From Eledone cirrhosa (Eukaryota): 64,000 nucleotides of DNA. The stretch lies in the NCBI GenBank assembly GCA_964016885.1, contig OZ024751.1, positions 30,256,001 through 30,320,000 on the forward strand, written 5' to 3'. The notes below the pieces were generated by a model, which saw only the letters and a list, made by a program, of their open reading frames with translations, had not been told where the DNA came from and ran no database searches. A program made the translations under genes and the position numbers. Shown here piece by piece: positions 38,810 to 52,166 of this stretch. Position 1 is the stretch's first letter, and each line of letters begins with the position of its first letter.

Positions 38810-41800
38810 TTAGGAATTGGAAAACACGGAATGGCTGTCCATCTTGGATTGGTTGCTACCATGCTGTCCACCACTATAGTTGACGCTACTACTAGTAGTA
38901 TTATTACTAATACTACTACTACTACTACTACTGATGTTACTGTTGCTATTGTTGGATGTAGTGGCAGTAGTGCCTCTCTGTAGGATCACCACTGGTGACA
39001 TGCCGTGTCTAGAGGTAGGCAAGCCCGTCGCATGGCTCGGTGCGGATTGTGGGCCAGGCATCATGGGTGTCATATACAAGGGGTTCAAGCCAGCTGCTGC
39101 CGCCGCCGCCGCTACTGCTGCTCTGCCCCCTATCATGTTCTGGTGGCGATGACCTGAGTAGATGCCCATCAGATGACCTCCTGACTGGCTGTGGTTGGAT
39201 GCAGGGTTCGGCATACCACCACCAACACCACTACTACTACTACTACTACTACCACCACCTCCACCTCTATATGGATATTTGTTATTATTGTTGTTGTTTT
39301 GGTGGTGATGGTGATTGTTGTTGCTGCTGCTGCTGCTGTGGTGATGACTGCTGTTTCCAATTCCACTGCTGTTACTATAGTTACTGCTACCATGTTTGTT
39401 GCCATAGTGATGGTTACCAGAAGAAGCAACACTTTTACCCCCACCTCCACTGCCAGCTTTCAACATGTTTGAGTTAGTGGACACACCAAAGTTATGTGGA
39501 CCAAGGTACTGGTGACCACCGACGTTACTTTGTTTTGAACCTGCTACCAAACCTTTTGAATTCATTGGGCCCCCGCCCTGGAATGGGTTTGAGAAGATAT
39601 TTCCACCAGTGAGATTGTAAGCGCCAGGTTCTGGACAACCATTGAGGCCAGCTGACAGAGTGAGAGCAGTATTTGGTAAATTGTTTGCCTGAGTATACAG
39701 TGGTTTGTTGCTGTTAGGGTGACCACCATTCTCTAAACTACCCTTTGTTATAGGTCTCTTCTGGCTGTAGTGAGGGCTAAATTTATCCCACTGTTTTAGT
39801 AAGGTCTCACCAACAAATGGCTCAATTTCCTGGTAAGAAAAGAGAAGAAAAACTTTTAAATTATATCTATGTCCATATGTTATAATATATAATAATACAC
39901 AAACATACATAATATAATACATACACATATAATATAATACACATAATAAGTGGAGGCACATGGCTTAGTGGTTAGAGCATTGGCCTTGCAATCGAAAGGT
40001 TGTGAGTTCAATTCTCAGACCGGGTGGTGTGTTGTTTCCTTGAGCAAGACACTTTATTTCACATTGCTCCAGTTTACTCAGCTGTACAAATGAGATGATA
40101 GGGACTGGGGTCCCTATCATTCCACTGTTCCCTATCATTCCAAAATCAGTTCCTATATGAGCAAGGCATGGTCAGCCGACCGGGCACTGCCCACAACAGG
40201 ACAACCCGTCTAACCCATGCTAGCGTGGAAGAACAGACGTAAAACGGTGATGATGAATTGTTTCTACTTTTTGGCACAAGGTCATCAATTATCCCACAGT
40301 GCATTACTGGTACTTTATTTTACCGACCTCATAAGGATAAAGGGCAAAATTAACCTTGGCAGGATTCGAGCTCAAACCGTAAAGGGCCGTAACTCTATGC
40401 TAAAAAACATACCGTCCAACCCTCTACCGATACTGCCAATCCAACATATATAATAATACACACACATACATATGATGGCTCATCATCCATCTTGGGGGTA
40501 ACAATTACAGAACAGGGAGATTACAGGAACTATTAACATTACCACAACTGCTATTAATACTAACCTGACAATCACGGCTCACTTGTATCCTCTTGTTATC
40601 ATTCCAAGGGTTGGACAGATGCTGGACATTCTGGAATGGAATATTTCCTCTGAAATTATAAAATAAAAAGCAAACTTATTTCAGATTCAAATGAAATGAA
40701 TTATTTACAGCTCACACTTATACAAGTTTAGCTGGCCTCTAATAAGGTTGGTTCTCATAAGAGGTTTCTTAGGTGTTTTAATGCTAGAAGTCCCAGTCCT
40801 GTTGACACACTACTACCAATTTAGAGAGTCTACTGGGTAGTTTGTGGCAACAGCACTACACTACTACTTTACATAGTCTACTGGGTGCAGTTTATTGTGG
40901 CACTAACACTTTACAGAGTGTACTGGGTGTATTTGATCGTGGCACCAGCACTATCACTTTACAGTGTCTACTGGAAACGTTTTATCGTGGCACCAACACT
41001 ACCACTTTACAGGGTGTACTGGGAGCATTTTATTGCTCACCAACACTAGAGAAGTTATCATCTGTTCAGCCAGATTGAAGGATCTTCTCTACCCACTATA
41101 TATTGTATACATCTTGATATAATACCTGTAACTTACCTTTTCAACCAATCAATTGTACAGGTAGCGCCAACACCAGGCATAGAATATTCTGCACCTTTAT
41201 CTTTGGAGAATGGAGATAACATTTTAGCATAGCCTTGAAAACTGCCACTTCCTTGGATTGAGAAGATCAAATAGACTGTTTTACCGTCCTGAAATGAAAA
41301 TTACTCTTTGGTTAAGGAGTTCAATTCGTTACCACATGGTTTAAGGTTCAGTCCCATAGTGTAGAAACTTAAGCAAATATCTTTTACTACTGTAGCTTCA
41401 GGTTGACCAATGCTTTGTGGGAGGAATTTGGTAGACAGAAACTAGAGAAGCCCATTGTATGTATATATATATGTGTGTGTGTGTGTGCATGTATGTGAGC
41501 ATTAGTTTCTAGATGTGAGATTTAGGGCTAACATAGGGTTTATAATGAAATATATGACCCAAATCTTTCAAGTTATTTTGAAAATAATTAACAACTTAGA
41601 AGGAGTTAGTAATATAACTTTCTCATTATTAAGCTGTTGTTTGGAACATAACTTAAAGATTCTTACATACAATTATGAAGGAAGGTTTTTTAGATAAATA
41701 TGAACATTTTTAATACAATAATTTTCTATCTTAGAACCATGAGCAGTTTAAAGGCAGTTTGGTATTAAGAGGGTTGAAATGAAATGAAATTTGCAGCTCA

Positions 41801-44800
41801 CACATATGCAAGTTTAGCTGGCCTCCTACAAGGTTGCATGTGTGTTTTGATGATAAAGGCCCAAGTCTTATGAAAAGCAACATGGAATGAAGTGTCTTGC
41901 CCAAAGAACACAATGCACTGCTTGATACATGAATTGAACTCACAACTATATGATCTTGAGTCCAACACCCTAATCACTAGGTCCCACACATTCATGAAGG
42001 TTAACAGAAAATAAACCAACCTGGAAAGCTCTGTTAAGTTTCTTCTCATTATTTGGTGATGTAGCCCAGATGGACTTGTTGAAGGAGGTGTCTAAACTCC
42101 GTTGGTTGTTACACTTCATAAGGAACATACGACAGGGGTGTGAGGATGTGGCACCAGGGTCCTTCTCTGAGCGTTTGGTAGGGGACGAAGGTTGTGATGT
42201 GTCACCGGGTGTATTAGGCCGACTCACCTGGTAGTTGGGATTGCCACTCATACCTCCCATATTACTGTTGTACTGTGACATGTTGCCACCAACTTTGTTA
42301 TCACAGCGGTATTCTGGAGAGGATTAGAATAAGAAGAAAAAACATTCATCATTATTATAAAATACATATTATTATTAGTAGTAGTAGGGTGGTGGATTGG
42401 CAATATCAGTAGAACGTCGGACACCCTGCTTCGCGGCAGAGTTACGGCCCTTTGCGTTCTGAGTTCAAATCCTGCCAAGGTTAATTTTGCTTTCATCCTT
42501 ACGGGGTCGATAAAATAAAGTACCAGTAATGTACTGGAGTATTTGCTGGCCTTGTGCCAAAAGTAGAAACAATTATTATAAAATACACATTATTATCATT
42601 AGTAGTAGTAAGGCAATGGATTGGCAGTATCGGTTGAGTGTCAGACAACATGCTTTGTGGCATACTGTTAGAGCCTTTAAGTTCAAATCCTGCTGATGTT
42701 AACTTTGCCTTTCATCCTTACAGGGTTGTACCAGTAATGCACTGGGGTTGATTTAATCAATTTACCCTTTCCTTCAAATTGCTGGCCTTATGCCAGAAAT
42801 AGAAACAATTATTAGTAGTAATTCGTCCTTGTCGGCAATAAAGAAATAATTATTAGTAATAATAAGGAAGTTGGGGTTGGGGGAGGGTTGCCAGTACCAG
42901 CAGAGCATCGGACAAAACGGGTTTGGGATATTTACTTAGGACTTTCTATGTTTTTCCCCCCCCTGTCTAAACATTATTGACCTTGTAACTAAATTAGAAA
43001 TCCTTATTAGTACTAACGAGGATTGGCAGAGTCATTACAGTGTGGGACAAAATGCTAGCGGTGATGCTGATGCCACGATAAAACACACCCAGTCCACTCT
43101 GTAAAGTGGTAGTGTCAATGCCACAATAAAATACACCCAGTCCATTCTGTACAGTGGTAATGCTGATGGTAGAATCTATCATAGTATTTTGTCAGAAACT
43201 GACAGTGGTAAAATGGTCTGCGAAGAAGGTGATAAGGGCGTCATAGAATCTATCAGATAGAAGGAAAGGTTAAAGAACACCAAATGTAATTTTAGATAAA
43301 TCAGTGTGGAATATATGAAATGAGGTGAGGTCAAGGGTCGAGGTTCAAAATTCATTAGATGGAATTTTGGATAAATTAGTGTCAAATGTATGAAGGGTAG
43401 TGAAGGTTAAAGGTCACCAAATGTAAAATTAGATAATGAGTGTGAAATGCATGAAATGAGGTGAGGTCAAGGTTCTAATACCGTCAGCTGGAATTTGGTG
43501 ATGAGAGTAGGGCCAGAGGTCACTAACTGGAATTTTGGATAAATTGTGAAATATACAGAGGGTGGTGAGAAAAAGGTCAAAGATCACCAAATGTAAACTT
43601 AGATAAATTATTGTGAAATATATAGAGGGTGATGAGAGTAGGGTTAGAGGTCAGCTGGAATTTTGGATAAATTGTTAAATATATAGGTGGTGGTGAGAGT
43701 AGGGTCAGGGGGTCAGCTGGAATTTTGGAAAAATTGTGAAATATATAGAGTGGTGAGAGTAGGGGCAGAGGTCAGCTGGAATTGTGAAATATATAGAGGG
43801 TGGTGACATCAAGATTAAAGTTCATTAGTTAAAATTTTGGATAAATTAATGTGAAATATATGGAGAGTGGGGAGGTTAGAGTGAGAGGTCATAAGTTACA
43901 GTTAGTTCCAAAATGTAAACAAAGAACCGAAAAAAGAAACCATTAAATAACAACAACAAAAACAGCAGCAAAAGCAGCAGCAACAACAACAACTAGAACA
44001 ATTGCAATTACTTGCTGAGTCCTTCTTTTTGGAAGAAGAAGACGACGAAGAAGAAGACGGAGGTGTACTTATTGTTGTGGTTCGTTTAACCATTCTTGAT
44101 CTGTCATCACTCTGGTCTTCAGAATCAATACAACTTTGATTACCGATACTAGAAAGAATTGATTCTGCAGCTGAAGAATGTAAATAGACAGAATATTTCA
44201 TGGACGTAACAACTAGCACATAATGTTTATATGTCTAAATAGCTGAGAAGAGGAGGAGGAGGAGGAGTTGTTAATTAAGATTATAATTGTTCAAATAATT
44301 AACCATGACTTCGGAGAGGAAAGATTCCTGTTTTGTCCTCGTCCCACCCTAATTATTCACATCTTCACTCTGTTTTGATCAGTTTGGTCTGTGGGTGTCA
44401 TGTATCTTGGGTGTGAATACAGTAACAGATGCCATGAGGCCTAGTGGTTAGGGTGTTGGACTTATGACCATAATGTTAGGGGTTCAATTCCTGAACTGAG
44501 TTGTGATGTATCTTATTCTTGGATGTGTATATAGTACCAGACATTGTGCTTAATGAAGGCAGGTGGCTTACAATCACAATGTTGTGTGTTTTATTCCTGG
44601 ACTGGGCTATGTGTTGTGTTCTTAAGCAAAACACTTCATTTCATGTTGTATACTCAGTTAAATAATGAATACCAGCAATAGCTGGGAGTTTAATCCAGCA
44701 ATGTGGGGAGTCTTGTACTTTCAGTCACTTAACGCCAACAAAACCAGGATAAGCAATGGCATGAAGAACCTCTCAGCATCCAGCCATAAAACAATGTCTC

Positions 44801-47800
44801 AAAAATGACCTCATGATGAGTTTATATGGATCTGTAACTTCTGAGGGAGTTGTAGGAGTTCCATATTGACATACAGCATTTCTAGGGCATTTTTTTAAAA
44901 CTTGGCAGAGCCCATCTCCTCTCCAGTCACAATGAGTTGTATAGATGCAAATATTTTTAAAACAAACAGAAAAAAGAACTTTCATCTCTAAAGACATGAC
45001 CAATAGTTCAAAAAATTATCTTAATAAACATGTATAGACTTTTAAATCTAGATAGAATTTGATAAAACAAACCAGTTTACTGATTCCTCATAATCATCAT
45101 CATATCTAATATCATATTTTCAATGATGAAATAGCTTTGTAAACTCTATAGATTGTTCAGTCCTTTATTTATCTCTCTATATTTATATATGTACCTTCAG
45201 AATCTCCTTTGGTTTGCTTTTAGCTTTGACTACTACTGGTCAGCCATGCCATGGTTACTACAACTCAGCCAAAGCCTTCAACTCTCTGAGGTCATATTCA
45301 GGCACTTGTGTGCCCCAAGAAAGGGCTAAAATAAAAGAGTTGGTTAGGGTTAGGAAGGGTATCCGGCTGTAAAACATCACCTCAAAAAGTCCCATCTCAT
45401 TTATGCCAGCAGGGAAGGGAAAAGCAGACATAAAAGCAATGATGATGATGATTGTACTGTTTGTGTATGAATTTATGATATAATAATATCAGTTACAGTT
45501 TAACTCATGAAATACTTACCCATTGAAATGGGCCTTTGACCTATACCTGCTGGCTGTTGTAGACCCAGTTCTCTCTCCTCTGTAACTAACACCTCCACAA
45601 TAGATCGCACGATAGCCTAACATGGTGACAAAATAATATAAAGAAGATAAAGAACATATTTCAATAATAATAGTTTCTGATTTATGTACAAGGCCAGCAA
45701 TTTTGGGGGAGAGGAAAGTCGATTAAATCGACCTCAGTGCATTACTGGTGCTTTATTTTATCGACCCCGTAAGGATGAAAAGTAAAGCTAACCTCGGCAG
45801 GATCTGAACTCAGAACATAAAGGGCTGTAACTATGCCACAAAATATGTTGTCTGAGGCTCTACCAATATTGCGAATCCACTGCACTTTCAATATTTCGAT
45901 AATAATAATTTGCTGTACTTTAGGAGGACTATGCTACCAATAAAAACACATACAATAAATAACTGTGCTCTGATAAAGAATCCACAAGCCCAATAGGAGT
46001 AAATATATTGATTTCTAATATAGACACAAAGCTTCAAATTTAAAAGATCAGCCTAGCTAATTAAAACAGATCTTTGGATAAAATATAATCACTTTAAAAT
46101 AAACACTTTAGTGTCATAATAGTGCTGCTGCCACGATAGAAAATACCCAGTCCATCCTTTAAAATGGTAGTACTAGTGCCAAGATAAAAAAAACACCCAG
46201 TCCACCCTGTAAACATAGTGCCAGAATCACGATAAAATGCTTCCAGTACATGCTGTAAAGTGGTTGGCATTAAGAAGGGCATCCGACGGTAGAAACCAAG
46301 ACAAAAACAGAGCGTACTAGCAGAACATAGTCACTTGAGCAGTCTGGCCTCAGTATGTGACAGCCTGTCTAACCCATACAAGCATGGAAAATAGAGGTTA
46401 AACTGTTATGAAAAACTTTGGATTATAGAACCAGGGGCAGTTTCAGATGATTTGGTATAAAAAGGGTTAAAAACAGCAACAATAAAATCCAGAAAAACAT
46501 TTACCTCATCAGTTTGAGTCCAAGGTTTTGCTGGGGCTCGCATGCGTCTGATAAATAAACTGTACCACTTCTGTCTCAAATGGAGAACTAACGAAGAACT
46601 CTATAATTAAAACAAACAAACAACATTATCAAATGATCATTTATAACAACAACATAAATATTCACCAACTCCTAACAAACATCCTGTAATGATTTAGAAG
46701 TAAATATATCGATATGTGGGTTTATTAATTCAAATGTTTATAGAGCCTCTGAGACTGACGGGAGTGAGGGAGGAAGGTCTCCTTAAAAAGACCTAACCAG
46801 AATATTTATAAATGATTATTGTATGGTATGGTATGATCCTGCAATTACTGAAGGAGTCATAGGGGCGCTGTGTTGACATAAAGCGTTGCTTGGACATTTA
46901 ATGCCTAGTTGAGCCCATCTATCTCCAGGTCTGAACACAACAGATTTCTTCCAGAGAAGGATTGAAAGTGAGAAAGATATATAGAAGAATCAATACCAGT
47001 ACTAGACTAGTATTTTATTTTTATCAACTTCGAAAGGATGAAAGGCAAAGTTGACCTCAGCGGGATTTGAACTCAAAGAGAAGAGAGCTGGAACGAATAC
47101 CACAAAGCATCTATTCGTCATTCTAACGACTCTGCCACTCTGCTGCCTTAAACACTGCTAAATATACCAAAGGGTCAGGGGTAAGGCTGATTTTGGTGAT
47201 GGATTAAAGTCTACCACTCAATAGTTATAATTATCATGTTCTGAAATAACAATGTGTGTGTGTGCGTTTGGAGTGTTCTAGTTTAAAATGCACCCAGTGG
47301 ACTCTGTAAAGTGGTAGTGTTAGTGCCACAATAAACTGCACTCAGTACTCATTACATTCTATAAAGTGGAGTAGGCATAAGGAAGTAAATCCAGTCACAG
47401 AAACCATTCCAAAATATCAACTGCAATGAGCAAGACATGGTTCTGCGACCCATTTAGTCTCAGACTGTGATGGCCTAACCAACCCAAGCCAGAATGGAAA
47501 ATGGATGTTATGACGATGATGATGATAGCCCATGAAATGGAAGGAATTCTACCTCGGAATCAACTTGGAAAGATAACCATTCATCAAGACGAAGTGAAGA
47601 TTTCTTGGTTTCTTCATTCTCCTCTTCTCCACTATCACTGGCATTATCAATATCATGGATACCGGTCATATCATGACACTTCCTCTCATCTGTATTGAAA
47701 ATATAATGTAAAAAATATAATACAATAAGGTGATAGTGATGGTGTCATGGTATCAGTAATATACCCAGTCAACCCTGTAAGGTGTCATGATACCAGTCAT

Positions 47801-50800
47801 ATCATGGCATTTCTTCTCCTTTGTATTGAAAATATAACATAAAAAATATAATACAATGAGGTGGTAGTGCTGGTGGTATGATAATAAACACCCATTACAC
47901 TCTGTAGTGTTGATGTCATAATACAGAAAGCCAATGTAGTAACAGAAGAAACACAAAAAGAGATTAGCTTTTTTCTGTCTGACAGGAAGGGCACCCAGCC
48001 TTAAAAGTCTTGCTAAACAAAGAGTTGGGAGGACCCTTAAGTTGTGTCAAAGACATGATAACCTCTCCTGTGCACTCACTAGAATATAAGATCGTACATA
48101 AGTAAGACAACAGATCCCTGGCTTTTCTGAGAGGTCAGTAGGTCTGCTTCATTACTGACTTGGTCTATGTAGACCTATTCAACCCTTGCTAGCAAGGAAA
48201 GTGGATGTTATGATGATGATCTCTATTGATCAAATGTAAAAGAAGTACTGAAAGAGACCCTCACCTATTTGTCCACTTTCAGCTTCTTTAATAACCTCCG
48301 GGGACAGTTTGGCAGGCCCTGCAAATAAGGCGACAGTGATGGGCGATACAAGTGTGCAACAATGTACAAAAGCTAGTCTACTGTTCCGTGATATCTCCTC
48401 ATAGACAATCCAGTCAGAAGGGAAGGAGGATAGATCAGTATTGCGTTGGCTCACCGACAGATTTGGACTGAATACAGACATATTATGCAGGTGAATTTTC
48501 ATATCTTTCCTGAAATTAAACAAAAATAAAAAAAATAAAATAAAACAAAGCAAAAGCCTAGATGTTTATAAAGAGAATGAAAGAGAATGAAATAAGAATG
48601 TAATAAGAAGCTGTTATTACTTACGCTGATAATAACTGGCCAGTAACACGATCAATTCTCAGTAAATTTGGATATAAACCAGCACAGAGGGCAGCTTTGA
48701 CAACACACCATTTTTCAGAATTAACATTCAAATCTCTTATGTCACCGCCTCCTCGAGCTCTTACAAACCCTGAAGCCCGCAACTGTCCAAGAAGTTGCGC
48801 CCTAGAAAAAGTAAATAAAGAGCAGAAAATAAAGTTGAAATCAATGTTTAGATATTCCAAGCGTCTTTTTTCCTTTTTCTTCTTCTTTAGTTCCTTTTGC
48901 ACCCCATGGAGTATTGGATAATGAGAGATCGCACAAGAAATAAAGAAAAGTCAATGAATGGAAGGAAGGGAAGAAAAAAGCCAATCTAGGATGACTCACC
49001 TCATTCCAATAATCATTTCCATTGATGCTGAAGACAGAAAGTGTTTCTCACAAAATGCTTTCTCCCAACCTTCAGTCCTAGCTTTCTGCCATGCCTGAAA
49101 ATAGAAGTTATATATATAAAGAGAGAGAGATAAATATATATATATACACACACATAAAACACTGCTTCCAAAAGTCCCATCCAACCCATGTTGCATCCTA
49201 GAAAAAGGAGCTTACCAATGTGGAACTGGAAGATTGTGATGCCATCTGGCATCAATAAAACACTAGGTTGCTCAGTGTTGTTGGTCAGGCAGGGGAGGCA
49301 TTAATGAGAGTTGGGTGTATAAATTAGATGAATGCATGCTAAATAGTACTTTTTTAAGGCCAAGATGGTACCATGTGATTAGAATGTCTCAGGAAAGAAT
49401 CACTGGATAGATTTTACGGGCAAAACCAGCGAAAGACTCCAAGCAAGATGGTTGGATAACATCCATGAGCTTGTCTGGTCACATTTGGGGATCCAGCCAG
49501 ATCATTTGGAGACAGTTGCTTCTGACAGGACCCACTGGAGGAAGTGTTTGAGGACTCTGCTCCCACAACCTTCGCAGGAATAAGTGGGCAAAGAAGAAGA
49601 TGGTACCATACTGGTTATATGTAGCATACCTAGTCACAGATAACAGTAATAAAACAGAAGCAGGTAAGAGGAAGGTTAATGAGTGCAAAGAAAATATAAT
49701 AAATAACTCACCTGAAAAGCTCTAAGCAGAATCATATGTTCACTGTATGTGTTGGCAGCTAGTTTCCTTCTAACTAAATTGGCAGCTCTTCTTTGTGATG
49801 GCTGACCAGGTATTAAAACTAGAAACACGTCAAGTTACAAAAAGATGGTAAATATCCATTCTTTTGAAGAAGACAAAGTAATAAAAGAGTTCCTCCCTAA
49901 CACTGCAGTCCCTAGTCAACACAGTAAAGTGGTTCGGTTGGTGACATAACAAAAAGCACCCATTCCACACTGTAAAGAGGTTATTTTGGTGCCACAATAA
50001 AAAGCACTGTCTACACTGTAAATGTAGTTGGCGTTAGGAAGGGCATCCAGTCATAGAAACCAAGCCAGAAAAAGTTCTGTATGAGCAAGACATGGTCACC
50101 TGATCTGACTTGCCTCAAATAGAACTTGTCTAACCCATGCTAGCATGTAAAAATGGACTTTAAATGATGATAATGATGATGATGAATGTGTGAGAAGGAT
50201 TCACATCTCCTCTGTATTTACTGCCCATGTCTCACTCCCATGCAACATCACACAGTCATTCTTTCCTTCATAGAGAGTAGCTATCTGAACTTTTTCCACC
50301 ATCCCATTCTTATTCTAGCTTCTATGCTCTCAAAGAAACATCCTCCTACTCCACAGCGAATTAAATCCCCTGAATATGAAAATAAATAAATATAAATATA
50401 CAGAAAAAAAGCTAGGAAACGTAAGAACTGTACTTACAAGGATCTTTGTTGGCAAGGGAACAAACAATAGTCAAAACTGGATCCAAACATTTCAAGACCA
50501 CAGAATAGAGTACCATTTTACCAAGAGAGGGAGCAATGGGGAAGTCTGCCAAATGGTGACCCAACTCAGTTAAATCTTCCCATGGATCTAATGCATCGAT
50601 TTGCTGAGAAATAAAAAGTAAAATCATATTTAGAGAAGAAAAAAAACAGTCTAAACGTTTGACAGTGTTTCACATGAAATATGGTTGATATTTTTCATAT
50701 TTATTTATGATAGGCATATGGCTTAATTGTTAGGAAATTTGATTCACAATTGTGAGGTTGCGAGTTCAATTCCTGGACCGAGTGACACGTTATGTCCTTC

Positions 50801-52131
50801 AGCAAAACACTTCTATCAGGAGTTGCAACCAGTAGAGAGTATCAGCAATAAAAAAGACCAATGGGAACATTGTTTTCTTGATTTCATTTGACAAGTTCCA
50901 CCCCACTCAGTAAATTAATAAGGTTTGGGATCTTGTCAATCACTTTCTTTTATTTATGATATTCTTTGACCAGGGATGTCAGATCAATTTCATAAAGAGT
51001 AGCACAAAATTTTCAAAAAGTTAGAAGATTGCATTGGAGCAGAGTAGAATAATAGGGCTAATGACTTGATTACTTCTTAGTGGTTATTAATCAGTGTTCA
51101 CTATGTAGAGTTGTTGACAAATGGGAGCAAGAGAGGTAGAAAGAGAGAGAGAAAAGTATGTAAGTGAGACATGATTTAGTACTGATTTGGTCTGTAAGGA
51201 CCTGTTCAACTCATGCCAGCATGGAAAAATGGAGATTAAATAATGATGATGATGATAATATATGCTATAAACATTCAGAAAAAAAAACAAATTGTTTGAG
51301 AACCTTCCTGAAAATTATTCAAGAGATTTTTTTTTAAAAGGTCCAGAAATTGTCAGAAATATTCAGGAGAGTATCGTAGTTACCTTTAAGAGCTGGACAG
51401 CATTTCGGATGATAAGGAAACTAGGGGCTTGGATAGCATTGGACAGGAAATCAGCAATGGATATATTGGAAGGAGCTATCATTTTGGTCTGTAGACAGAG
51501 TTCCTGAAATAGGGATAACAAAGTAAGAATATGTGAATGTGTGAATGGGAGAGAGAGAGAGAGAGCATGTATGTGTATGTAAGTATGCACGAATGTGTGT
51601 GTGCATGCATATGTATGAACGTATGTATGTATCTATATGTGTGTACATATGTATGAAAAAGCATACGTATATATGTATATAGGTATGTTTGATGTATACA
51701 TGTGTACAATTTATATTTACATGATAAATGCATCAAATCAGCATTCAATGATGACAATGATAGATGATGATGATGACAATTATGATGATGGCTTACATAG
51801 ATTCTACTTACATGTAGAGGTAACCGTAAAAGTTCAGGAACTTGATATTGTTCCAAGTTGTCATGACGTATTCTGCTGAACAAATGGTAACAGACACCTG
51901 GTTGAACTCGTCCAGCACTGAAAGAGACAGGTAAGATGACAATTAGCTGGGAATATTAATACAAATGTTGTCCATCCTTAACCCTTCTCATGCCAACCAA
52001 CACATAACTACATAAACGAAAATGGTATGTGATACCTACCGGCCTTTTCTCTGTAAAGCATTTGCTTTGGAAACCCAATGTGTTTTTAACATTGTCACAG
52101 AACAAAATGCATCAAAGGATTTCTGGAAAAC

Positions 52132-52166
<35 letters not shown>

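Noticed and set aside
38880-39477. Plus-strand ORFs over the last YTHDC2 exon
   Set aside because: Antisense shadows of low-complexity codons
39955-40030. tRNA-like sequence
   Set aside because: It is the head of a dispersed SINE, with no proper acceptor stem and continuing into the SINE core
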